Shown piece after piece: positions 26,410-36,393 of a stretch of DNA of 36,673 nt. How positions within the stretch are numbered: position 1 is the first letter of the stretch; each line of letters opens with the position of its first letter. Origin of the DNA: Folioceros fuciformis (Eukaryota); contig JBNGIO010006235.1 of assembly GCA_049999805.1 (NCBI GenBank), positions 86,430 through 123,102 on the forward strand, in the 5' to 3' direction. The notes under the pieces are model-generated. The model did not search any database, was not told the origin of the DNA, and was given only the letters and a program-made list of their open reading frames with translations. The position numbers and the translations under genes were made by a program.

Positions 26410-26700
26410 ACATTGTGGATGGTGAAGAAACAAAGTAGAAACCAAAAAAAATTTCTTTTAGTTTCTTCATGAGTCCATTGAAGTAACAATGATCGAGGAG
26501 AAAAAAACTTTGTACTCTATGGCAGCTCGTGATGTGATGTGGAGCCCAAAAATCTAGATGGAAGATTCCATAGAATATTCGCGTAAATATATTATTGAAA
26601 AAAATTTAATAAGGGTCGCATGTCCGTATTCGTATTTAATATTTAAAAGCTCTTAATAGATGAAACATTGCCTGCTAAGCAATCAAGGTTTGAATGTGCG

Positions 26701-29700
26701 ATGTGTGTGCGAAGCTACGCACAGATGGTGAATGGAGTTGAAACGATTGCCTGCGTTTTGAGTCGTGAAAAACTGACTTGCATGAAAACCACGGACGGAG
26801 GCTGGAGACTGCACCAAGCCTGGGTGGAGGCACTGAGTCAGGATATGCAAATTGGTTGTCCATCTCTCGGGACGGAGGATGGTGTTCATGGGATGTCTGA
26901 AGGAAACAAATGCAGCGTCACGCCTGAAACCGTGAACGAGCTATGTAGTGGGAGCCAGCTGGCTGAGGCTGTTGAGGCTCTGGGAGTTCTGGTGCAGACT
27001 GATTGCTGTGATCTGAGGACGGGATTTTACACTGTCTTGAAGGAATGCGCAGGCCAGAAGGATCTGGTTCTGGGCCGCCGCGTCCATGCTTTCGCGGAGA
27101 GACGGGGCTATCAGTCGGATACGTTCCTGGGCAACCATATCCTGCGGATGTATGCTTCTCATGGCAAGTTGCAAGAAGCGATGGACGTGTTTGCGGTGGT
27201 GGTGGAACCTGATGCATTCACGTGGTCTGCCATCATTTCTGCCCATGTTAAACATGGGCATGACAGGGAGGCCATCGAGCTTTACCGTCGGATGCGTAGG
27301 TCGAGTGTGAAGCCAGATGGCCGGGTGTTTGTGGCAGCTCTGCAGGCGTGTGCAAGGGAATCGGACTTGGAAACTGGGCAGCAGGTGCATACCCACATCT
27401 TGGCGAGTGGGGTTGAGCCTGTTCTTTTTGTGTGGAATAGCTTGGTGAACATGTACTCGAAGTGTGGGAGCTTGGGAGAAGCGAGGAGAGTGTTCGACGG
27501 ACTTGGGGTGAAGGATGTGGTGACTTGGACTGCCATGATAGCAGGATATGCCCAGCAGGGCATGGGGCAGGAAGCCCTTCGTCTGTACAGTCGGATGCAG
27601 GGAGGGGGCATGACCGCTCCCAATTCCGTGACGTTTGTGTGCCTCCTGCAGGCTTGTGCGAGTGTGGGTGCCCCCGCTTTGGAGGAGGGGAGGCAGCTTC
27701 ATGAGCAGATCAGGAGACTGGGACATGAGGAAGATGCTTTTGTGGGCAACAGTTTGGTTAACATGTATGCCAAGTGTGGGAGCTTGGAGGATGCTCATAG
27801 AGTGTTCGATGGCCTTGGGAGAAAGGATGTGGTGACGTGGAACGTCATGATCGCAGGGCACTCCCAGCAGGGTATGGGGGAGGCAGCCCTTCGTCTCTAT
27901 ACGGCTATGCAGGAACGAGGTACAACTGTACCTGATTCTGTGACATTCTTGTCGCTCCTGCAGGCGTGTGCAAGTGTGGGTCCCCCAGCTTTGGAGATAG
28001 GGAAGCAGCTCCATACACAAATTAAGGTGCAAGGACGTCAAGCGGATAGGTTTGTAGCCAACAGCTTGGTGAACATGTACGCAAAGTGTGGCAGCTTGGA
28101 GGATGCGAAAAGGGTCTTCCAAGGACTTGGTCAAAGGGATGTGGTGACATGGAATGCCATGATAGCAGGGTTATCTCAGCAGGGGATGGCCCAGGAAGCT
28201 CTTCGCCTTTATGATGATATGCAAGACGAAGGCATCTCCGTTCCTAGTTCCGTGACGTTTGTGTGCCTCCTGCAGGCATGTGCAGCCGTGGGCACCCCTG
28301 CGTTGGAGACGGGAAAGCAGCTCCATGCGCAGATTAAGGAACAAGGACATGAAGCTGACGTTTTTGTTGCCAACAGTTTGGTAAACATGTACGCAAAGTG
28401 CGGCAGTGTGAGAGATGCTCAGAGACTGTTTGACGGAATCGCTTGTAAAGATGTGGTGATGTGGAATGCCCTGATAGCAGGATATTCCCAGCAGGGCATG
28501 GGGCAGGAAGCCCTTTGTATGTTTAGTGCTATGCAAGAAGAAGGCATGGCTCTACCTGATGCTGTGACATTCGTTTGTCTCCTGCAGGCATGTGCAAGTG
28601 TGGGCACCATGGCGTTGGAGAAGGGGAGGCACATCCATACGCAGATAAGAGAACGTGGATTTCAAGCTGATGTATTTGTAGCCAGCAGTTTGGTAAACAT
28701 GTATGCCAAGTGTGGCAGTCTCGAAGATGCTCAGAGAGCGTTCGATGGACTTGGTCAGAAAGACGCGGTGACATGGACTGCCATGATAGCCGGGTATTCC
28801 CAGCAGAACATGGGCCAGGAAGCCCTGCGTCTTTACAGCGCGATGCAGGAAGAAGGCATTGCCGTTCCTGATGCTGTGACATTTGTGTGCCTTCTCCAGG
28901 CCTGTGCAGATGTGGCAGCTTTGCATGTGGGAAGGCAGCTACATGTGCAGATTGGGCAACAAGGGCTCCAAGCTGATTCTTTCGTAGGCGGCAGTCTAAT
29001 AAACATGTATGGAAAGTGTGGGAGTATGGTTGATGCGCACCAGGTTTTTGATGCGCTGCCCGAGAGAGACGTCGTTGCCTGGAGTGCGCTTATTGCTGGC
29101 TACACCTGTCAAGGTGACTGTAATGTCGTCTTTGACTTGTTCCAGAAGATGGGGGAGGATGGTATTCTGCCAGTTGGCATCACATTCCTTAGCGTGCTCA
29201 CGGCATGCAGCCATGCAGGTCTAGTGAACAAGGGAAGAGAGTACTTTGAGGCCATGAGCGGGCAGTATGGCATCAGTCCCACGGTGGAGCACTATATATG
29301 CATGGTGGATCTCCTGGGCCGTGCAGGTCAACTGGATGAGGCCCTAGCTCTGATAAGGACAATGCCTTTCCTGCCCAATGCTCCAGTGTGGCATACTCTG
29401 ATGAGTGCTTGTCGAAAGTGGAGCAACACGGAGGTGGGAAAATACGCTTTCGACCAAGCAGTGAAGGTAGACAGCAAAGATGATGCAGCATACATGATGA
29501 TGTCAAACATGTATACCTGTGTACAGATGTCTGAGGAGGCACAGAAGCTGCAGGAGAGGAGGACGAGGATCAGTGCAGGGAAGCAACCAGGTCAGAGCTG
29601 GTGGACAGACACAAACGGAGTGGTGCATAGTTTTTTGGTCGGGGATGAGAAGCATATCAAGAGTCAAACAAGGCTGAACGATGTGTACTCCCAAGTAAAT

Positions 29701-29910
29701 GAGGAATATGTGTCATTTCCGGACTCGTCAATGGCAGACATATTTGATAGTATGAATGACCGATCATGTGAGAAGCTGGGGACTACCAAAAGCATCACCA
29801 GATTTGCTGCTGGTAGGGCTTGGTTATCAAACTACCACCAAAAACCTCTTGGCAGTAACGCAGTGAACTATCTGCTGGGTTTCAAGTTGGTTACATGTAT
29901 ACAAGGGTGA
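26701..29910 (+). CDS. PLS-class PPR protein, intronless, about 23 motifs, E1-E2 and an eroded WW-type DYW tail (first in-frame ATG 26701; true start uncertain)
   Basis: Regular P-L-S triplets; L2 ITFLSVLTACSHAGLV; S2 EHYICMVDLLGRAG; KQPGQSWWTD..VVHSFLVGD. HxE and CxxC zinc ligands are missing. Confidence 0.92.
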   Translation: MCVRSYAQMVNGVETIACVLSREKLTCMKTTDGGWRLHQAWVEALSQDMQIGCPSLGTEDGVHGMSEGNKCSVTPETVNELCSGSQLAEAVEALGVLVQTDCCDLRTGFYTVLKECAGQKDLVLGRRVHAFAERRGYQSDTFLGNHILRMYASHGKLQEAMDVFAVVVEPDAFTWSAIISAHVKHGHDREAIELYRRMRRSSVKPDGRVFVAALQACARESDLETGQQVHTHILASGVEPVLFVWNSLVNMYSKCGSLGEARRVFDGLGVKDVVTWTAMIAGYAQQGMGQEALRLYSRMQGGGMTAPNSVTFVCLLQACASVGAPALEEGRQLHEQIRRLGHEEDAFVGNSLVNMYAKCGSLEDAHRVFDGLGRKDVVTWNVMIAGHSQQGMGEAALRLYTAMQERGTTVPDSVTFLSLLQACASVGPPALEIGKQLHTQIKVQGRQADRFVANSLVNMYAKCGSLEDAKRVFQGLGQRDVVTWNAMIAGLSQQGMAQEALRLYDDMQDEGISVPSSVTFVCLLQACAAVGTPALETGKQLHAQIKEQGHEADVFVANSLVNMYAKCGSVRDAQRLFDGIACKDVVMWNALIAGYSQQGMGQEALCMFSAMQEEGMALPDAVTFVCLLQACASVGTMALEKGRHIHTQIRERGFQADVFVASSLVNMYAKCGSLEDAQRAFDGLGQKDAVTWTAMIAGYSQQNMGQEALRLYSAMQEEGIAVPDAVTFVCLLQACADVAALHVGRQLHVQIGQQGLQADSFVGGSLINMYGKCGSMVDAHQVFDALPERDVVAWSALIAGYTCQGDCNVVFDLFQKMGEDGILPVGITFLSVLTACSHAGLVNKGREYFEAMSGQYGISPTVEHYICMVDLLGRAGQLDEALALIRTMPFLPNAPVWHTLMSACRKWSNTEVGKYAFDQAVKVDSKDDAAYMMMSNMYTCVQMSEEAQKLQERRTRISAGKQPGQSWWTDTNGVVHSFLVGDEKHIKSQTRLNDVYSQVNEEYVSFPDSSMADIFDSMNDRSCEKLGTTKSITRFAAGRAWLSNYHQKPLGSNAVNYLLGFKLVTCIQG

Positions 29911-29929
29911 CATTGTTACAGCCGTGGGT

Positions 29930-31390
29930 GGCTGCGGCCCTCGACAAGAAAGCAGTATGCTTCTTGCTCACGTTGAATCTAGCTCCGCCCAGTCTCGTTC
30001 CAAGCGTAGTTCCTGTTTCTCAGCGTCCCCCTCCATCTTTGCTCTGCCCAGATGGCCAGCATCTGCACTGGGATTTTACATCAATACACATGCAGCGGGA
30101 TGCTTTGGTTGCAGGTGTGCTGCACCATCGATGGCCTGGTGTCCGAGCAGTTGGTCTCCATGCTTCCCAGAAGACCCAGCGCATTTATCCACGTTGCCAG
30201 ATCAGGTTCTATTGGCATTCCTGTACAGAAGGAAGCGTCCTGCATGACAAGGGAGGTCCAACTTGTTGACTAGATTGTCCAAAATCTGGAGTCATTCTAC
30301 GGACATTGTGGTCATATAAAAAAATTTCAAGACCCTTGCCTACGTGGCTTGCAGGACGGCATGTGCAAATGGGGGATGAGAAAATGACTCCTTTGTTCTC
30401 CTAGGACTCCAGGACCTTCTGTGTGAGCCTATGCTTATCATTTCCTGACAGCATTGCCTTCCCTGTCAAGAAATCTTTCGTTGCAAGATTGTGGAAGGGC
30501 TGTTGGACTTCGTTTATGCTCTCACATTTGGCGCACGTGTGCGCTAAGCATCTAGTGAGTACCATGTGGATGAACCTGGGTATGAAATTGTATCCACTCA
30601 CGCAGTACTGGAAGCTGGCACTGGATTCCAGCAAGCACACAAACTGAGCATGATCTCCAGCCCTGAAACGTTTATGTGCCAATCGATCTGTAGACTGATA
30701 TAGCAAGCACTCCATTTTCCCATGTCTTTTGTGACCAAGTTGTCAAACACCTTGCAGGCATATTCTTAGCCCGTGGTTCGCCTACGCTCGTCATACAGTG
30801 GACAGCTTGCAACAGCAGTTGGGATTCTAGACCACTACCCTGAACTCGATCGGGTAACTGTCTTCCTTATTTAATGGTCCGATGTAGTTCTCTTTCGCAA
30901 GAACCAAGCTGATGCAGTATCCGCTAAAGTCATGTCCTCATGCCTTCGTCCTCGCACGAAATGCTAGGGCTCTTGACCAAGGTTGCGATGAGTACATCCA
31001 GCCAGCATGGCACATCTGTGCAACGACCCGGCGGCCCGCCGGTCATCGTCTAAGCAGTCACATTTACCCTGCCCACCAGGCAGTTGCTACAGACCAAGTC
31101 AGATTGCAGTCCCATGTCTGACACCTAAAGAGGAATCCGCTTCCCCTCCTGCATTGGTCCACAAGGGACCCAGCTCATGCTAGGCATGTTCACCGAGCGT
31201 CAGGACGTTTCAATTGTGAAGCACCCTGGGGAGGCTGTCTAACCCCTTAATTTTGGAAACATGGGCACTAGGCAGCTGCCAACAACATGAGTTTGGATTC
31301 CTTGTTCTCAAATCTGGAAATGAAATCGCTTCCGTTGATCCAATGCACCGATGGTCGTACAAGCCCTGAGTAGCCACACAGACGTAAGAT
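29930..31390 (-). pseudogene. Degenerate PLS-E PPR pseudogene with multiple stops and frameshifts
   Basis: Minus-strand remnants in correct order: WLLRACTTIGALDQRKRFH, VVGSCLVPMF, GLQSDLVCSNCLV, KVFDNLVTKD..KWSA, FVCLLESSAS, AKCESINEVQQPFHNLATKD, GMPIEPDLATW, PKHPAACVLM*N, AWNETGRS*IQ...CFLVEG. Confidence 0.85.
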
Positions 31391-31551
31391 GGTGAGTTGA
31401 CTAGCTTCTAGCTGATGTCCGACAGCCAGCGCATGACCAATTAGGAATCACCACAGTTCCTGAGTCTGGACCATCGTACAAATGCATTACGAGTATCAGG
31501 TTTTCGGGTTGTGGCTTGACTCATCAGTCTGCGTGCTGGCTGGTGTGAGTC

Positions 31552-34029
31552 ATGGACCTGTTGCTGGGGAAGTGTCTTGACATCCGACAAACTGGTGGCT
31601 TTGCTCACCAAGTTCACCTGAGACCCACGACGAGGGATTTCCTGCTTGGGGAGAAGATCGTGGAGAATGAGCTTTGGTGGGATCACCGACAACAAAAGAA
31701 GAATGCCCGTTGGCCTGACTTCCAAGAGGTCCTCCGGGTAAACAATTGGCACAAACCAGTAGCTGTCGGCATGCGAATGGGTCGTGGTATTTGTACGGGT
31801 CATGATTCTTCCAGGCCTGCAGGTGGAGTAACATCTGAGACAGTAAGCAGATTATGTGAGCAGGGACATCTAAGGGAGGCCGTCGAGGCTCTGGGAGTTC
31901 TGGTACAGACAGGTAGTCTGATTGCAGCGTCTCTGCTTTATGCTGTCCTTCAGAAATGTGTGGGTAAGAAGGACCTGGTTCTGGGTCGGCGCGTTCATTG
32001 TCTGAGCGTGAGAAGTGGGTATGAGTCGGACACGTTCTTGTGCAACCATATTCTTCGAATGTATTCTTCTCATGTCAGATTGCAGGAAGCGATGGACGTG
32101 TTCACCGTGGTTGCCACACCAGATGCCTTCACATGGTCTGCCATAATTTCTGCGCATGTCGCACACGGACACGACAAGCAGGCCATACAGCTGTATCAGC
32201 GCATGCGCAGGTCGAGTGTGAGGGCAGATGGGCACGTATTTGTGGCAGCCCTTCAGGCTTGCGCAAGAGGAGCAGACTTGAAATCTGGGCAGCAAGTGCA
32301 TGCGGATGTGCTGGCCAGTGGAGTTGAGCCTCATTTGTTTGTTTGGAATGGCTTGGTAGACATGTATGCAAAGTGTGGCTGTTTGGAAGAAGCTCAAAGA
32401 GTGTTTGACAAACTCGTTGAGAAAGATGTGGTGACTTGGAATGCCATAATTTCCGGATATTCCCAGCAGGGCATGGGCGAGGAGGCCTTTTGTCTGTACA
32501 GGGTTATGCAAGAAGGCAGCATGGCTGTACCCAATTCTGTGACATTTGTGTCCCTACTGCAGGCATGTGCAAGTGTGGGTGCCCTGGCTTTGGAGAAGGG
32601 GAAGCAGCTACATGCACAGATTCGGGACAGAGGCCTTCAAGCTGATGTGTTTGTAGGGAGCAGTTTGGTCACCATGTATGCAAAGTGTGGTTGCCTGGAC
32701 GATGCTCGGAACGTGTTTGACTGTCTTCAAGAAAAAAATGTGGTGACTTGGAGTGCCATGATAACAGGCTACTCCCAGCACGGCATGGGGCAGGAAGCCC
32801 TTCAAGTTTACAACGAAATGCAGGAAGAGGGCATTGTTGTACCGAATGCTGTCACATTTATGTGTCTTCTTCAGGCATGTGGAATCGTTGGGCCACCGGC
32901 TCTAGAGAAGGGGAAGCAACTTCATGCACAAATTAGAGAGCGAGGACTTCAAGGGGACATGTCCGTATCCAACAGTTTGGTAACCATGTATGCAAGGTGC
33001 GGTAGCCTAGAGGATGCCCGGGGTCTCTTCCATGGACTCGTCGAGAAAGATGTGGTAACGTGGAATGCCATGATAGCAGGATACTCCCAGAACGGCTTGG
33101 GGCTGGAAGCCCTTGATCTCTACAGGGCTATGCAAGAGGGAAGCACGGCTGTACCAGATTCTGTGACATTCGTTTGCCTCCTGCAGGCTTGTGCAGATGT
33201 GGCAGCTTTGCATATTGGAAGGCAGCTTCATGCGCAAATCAAAGAACGCGGGCTCCAAGCTCATGTGTTTGTAGCCAGCAGTTTGATAGACATGTATGCA
33301 AAGTGTGGGAGCATGGTTGACGCACAGCAGGTATTTGACGCTTTACCCGAAAAGGACGACATCACCTGGAATGCACTGATTGCTGGGTACACTTGTCAGG
33401 GACACAGTGACGAGGTATTTGACTTGGTTCACAGAATGAGAGGCGAGGGCATACAACCTGTTGGGATCACATTTGTGTGTGTACTGACAGTATGCAGTCA
33501 TGTTGGTCTAGTGAAGAAGGGGCGAGAGTACTTTGAGGCTATGAGCAGACAGTATGGCATCAGTCCCACAGTGGAGCACTACACATGTATGGTGGATATC
33601 CTGGGTCGCGCAGGCCATGTCGATGACGCAATAGCTTTGGTTAGGGCAATGCCTGTGCAGCCTGATGCTGCAATGTGGAGCACTGTACTGAGTGCCTGTC
33701 GGAAGTGGAGCAATCTGGATGTGGCACGTCATGCTTTTGAGGAAGCAGTGAAGCTGGACAAGCAAGATGCCGGATCATACGTGTTGATGTCGACGATATA
33801 TTCAGGTGCCGAGATGTGGGAGAAGGCTCAGGAGACGCAGGATAGGAGACTAGGAAGTGGGGCATGGAAACAGCCAGGGCAAAGCTGGTGGACTGACCTG
33901 GACGGGTTAGTGCATGGTTTTAGGGTTGGGGCTAAGATGCATACCGGAGTGGAAGCGAGGCTGAGACCTGAGTGTCTGTTGAGGGATCAGTTTACGGGGA
34001 GTAAGGCCAGGCTGAACCAGGCTTCATAA
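31552..34029 (+). CDS. PLS-class PPR protein, 825 aa, intronless, about 17 motifs, E1-E2, truncated shortly after the WW-type box; degenerate PDF motif at the N-terminus
   Basis: Close paralogue of 26701-29910. KQPGQSWWTDLDGLVHGFRVG is followed by a stop about 33 aa later. N-terminal LWWDHRQQKKNARWPDF. Confidence 0.92.
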   Translation: MDLLLGKCLDIRQTGGFAHQVHLRPTTRDFLLGEKIVENELWWDHRQQKKNARWPDFQEVLRVNNWHKPVAVGMRMGRGICTGHDSSRPAGGVTSETVSRLCEQGHLREAVEALGVLVQTGSLIAASLLYAVLQKCVGKKDLVLGRRVHCLSVRSGYESDTFLCNHILRMYSSHVRLQEAMDVFTVVATPDAFTWSAIISAHVAHGHDKQAIQLYQRMRRSSVRADGHVFVAALQACARGADLKSGQQVHADVLASGVEPHLFVWNGLVDMYAKCGCLEEAQRVFDKLVEKDVVTWNAIISGYSQQGMGEEAFCLYRVMQEGSMAVPNSVTFVSLLQACASVGALALEKGKQLHAQIRDRGLQADVFVGSSLVTMYAKCGCLDDARNVFDCLQEKNVVTWSAMITGYSQHGMGQEALQVYNEMQEEGIVVPNAVTFMCLLQACGIVGPPALEKGKQLHAQIRERGLQGDMSVSNSLVTMYARCGSLEDARGLFHGLVEKDVVTWNAMIAGYSQNGLGLEALDLYRAMQEGSTAVPDSVTFVCLLQACADVAALHIGRQLHAQIKERGLQAHVFVASSLIDMYAKCGSMVDAQQVFDALPEKDDITWNALIAGYTCQGHSDEVFDLVHRMRGEGIQPVGITFVCVLTVCSHVGLVKKGREYFEAMSRQYGISPTVEHYTCMVDILGRAGHVDDAIALVRAMPVQPDAAMWSTVLSACRKWSNLDVARHAFEEAVKLDKQDAGSYVLMSTIYSGAEMWEKAQETQDRRLGSGAWKQPGQSWWTDLDGLVHGFRVGAKMHTGVEARLRPECLLRDQFTGSKARLNQAS

Positions 34030-34203
34030 ATATGAAGCCTCAAACAGGAAGAAGTTCTACGTAATCCACTTGTAAAAAAAATGTATGGTATTTTATTATT
34101 ATTAAAAAAGAAAGTTCCAAAGCCAAAAGGGTATTAGTTCTTTAATATCATTTTTAAATGCGGTGCCCCAATGGAACAACGTGTCAAATAAGACAATGGC
34201 AAC

Positions 34204-34754
34204 TATTAATGGCATTAACCCAACATGGGTTATTTAATCAAGCCACGGGTTAGTTATAGACCTTTAAAAATACTAACTTTATAACTTTATCTGCAACTGT
34301 ATGCCTCACAACTCCAAATGGTCCGCTCCATCTCACTCGCAAACCCTGGAGAGCTTGAGCATGGCGTGCCAGTAGATCTGTAAGAGCGGGCGGTGACGGA
34401 GCTGCAGGTGGATGCGTGTTGGGCGCCTCGTCTCCAGAAATCCCTTGGCGCAGGGCTCCATGGCTTCCCGCTCTTGGTGGCATTGCGCTGTGCCAGTGCA
34501 CTGCCTACATGCGATTCTGGTTGAAGCCCTACGATTTCCTGTCCCTTATGCTGTCTCTGCACGTGCTGGTGTAATGAGGGAGTGTGTATGCAGGAACCCG
34601 TTTCCGTACTTATTCGAAGTTTGTTCGGGTCTACGTCCCCATGCATGTTGGCTTAAGTGGGGGTATTAATGGGATTAACCCAATATGGGTTATTTAACCA
34701 AGACACGGGTTAGTTAACCAGGGTTAGTCATAGACCTTAAAAAATACTAACTTT
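34204..34754. repeat. About 380-bp GC-richer core flanked by 77-91 bp AT-rich direct repeats
   Basis: tattaatgg.attaacccaa.atgggttatttaa.caag.cacgggttagtta...tagacctt.aaaaatactaacttt at 34204-34280 and 34664-34754. Confidence 0.8.
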
Positions 34755-34803
34755 GTAATATTTTAATAATTATTCTATTTTAGTTTTTGTGCTTCCGCAA
34801 CTT

Positions 34804-34931
34804 TGACAGCAACCTCGTAACTGCATATAAAGAGAGAAAAAGCCAAGGGGTGGGCCAAACGTAAGCATGACAGCAACCTCGTAATTGCATGTAGAGAGAG
34901 AGAAAGCCAAGGTGTAGGCCAAACGTAAGCA
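34804..34931. repeat. 64-bp tandem duplication
   Basis: tgacagcaacctcgtaa...gccaaacgtaagca at 34804 and 34868. Confidence 0.9.
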
Positions 34932-34995
34932 GAATCAAGTGCGATAGTGCGAAAAGTTGATAGTGCGATTCAAAACACTTGGATGCAAAGTCGAG

Positions 34996-35240
34996 CCAAA
35001 AGCCAAGAGGCCACTCCTTTACTTGAACAAGATAGAATACGAGCTTGAGAAGACCTAGGGACAGATGAGTCTAAAAGAAGAGCTTTTAGTGCTTGGTCAC
35101 ACTGTTTTTCTAGGAGGAAGGCTTGGAGACCCCTCAACCCTTCTCTAGAAAAGGAGGTGAAAAGAAATAAAGCCTCATGAACCTTTAAAGGTAGAGAATC
35201 CCTCCCTTGCCTAAGTGATACCTATAAAGGGAAAATGCCC
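34996..35240. repeat. Copy B of the dispersed repeat also found at 57-107 and 1127-1318
   Basis: Colinear similarity to both blocks of copy A, contiguous here. Confidence 0.7.
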
Positions 35241-35354
35241 TCTTCAACGCATGAGATAAAACCTTCAAGAAGACAAGAATCTTGTAGCAATAAACGAGAG
35301 GCCAAAATTGGAGCTAAGAAGGCCCAGCGAATAAAAAAGGCAGCTCGCTCAGAT

Positions 35355-35500
35355 ACCTCTATACCCAAAAGACCAACTCCGCCAAAGGCGACCTCTATAC
35401 CCAAAAGACCAACTCCTCCAAAGGCGACCTCCATACCCAAAAGNNNNNNNNNNCCAAAGGCGACCTCCATACCCAAAAGACCAACTCCTCCAAAGGCGAC
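35355..35500. repeat. 36-bp minisatellite spanning a 10-N gap (35444-35453)
   Basis: acctc(t/c)atacccaaaagaccaactcc(g/t)ccaaaggcg repeated. Confidence 0.9.
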
Positions 35501-35539
35501 TGGCAGACTCCACGGTACTAGGACATTTCCAAAAACCTG

Positions 35540-35626
35540 CTAGGACCTATGATGTTTCCAAGAGCCTACTAGGACCTATGATGTTTCCAAGAGCCTACTA
35601 GGACTTATGATGTTTCCAAGAGCATG
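35540..35626. repeat. 29-bp tandem repeat (3 copies)
   Basis: ctaggacctatgatgtttccaagagccta at 35540, 35569 and 35598. Confidence 0.9.
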
Positions 35627-36393
35627 CTAAGGACCTACCTAACTTATTGTAAGAAGGCCCTATTTTTCAACACAGTAAAATATTGAGAGTACCGACACTA
35701 GGGACGGCTGACATAAAACAACATAACAGAGTATATAAATGATTTACTTTGTGACCTCGTGTTATGTATCCGACATCAGCATGGATTGTCGTTTTCGTGG
35801 AATATTGCATCAAAACGACTTTAGCCTTTAGACATTAGTCTTGGGAGATACGTCTCAAGGACCTTCGCTTAAATTAAAGGCGACAAGCTGATGTGTCGGC
35901 CATAGACGATGGCGACACGATCGTGTTGTAGTACAACGTCAAAGCCGCCACGTATTGCGGAAGACTTTCAATCCAGTCCAACTCCTGCTCTCGCCACGCT
36001 TATTCGCCACCACAAGCAAATGACTGAGATATGCAGAGTTGTGCCTGTCCAGTACGTCTGTCGCTGGTGCAAATTGGCTCACAGCACAGCAAGCACCTGA
36101 CAAGCTCGGAAAGCGCGTGTGCCAATTTGAATATGAATTGGCCCTCCACCCTACTCCTTGACCACGACCAAGTCTGAAACTCCAAGCTGCAGGGCGGAAG
36201 CTTCATATCACTCTGCAAGTCCTGTCACGAACAAAGCAAACCCTGCGAATGCAGGTTGTGTCGTGTTTGAGGATCAGATGATGGTTCCTGCTGCCATCAA
36301 GCTCACCCCAAAGAAGCTCCCAGTAGGCAGCGCCCAACGAAAGGCCTTGTTCACTCCTCCATAGCTGTGGACGGTGCAGTAGCAGCAGGCAGC

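Noticed and set aside
26941-28134. 397-aa antisense ORF in the PPR gene, and similar ones in the other PPR genes
   Set aside because: Mirror of the periodic PPR repeats with no independent coding signal.
35355-35626. CRISPR-like appearance of the 36-bp and 29-bp repeats
   Set aside because: Units are head-to-tail with no unique spacers, there are no cas genes, and the context is eukaryotic.
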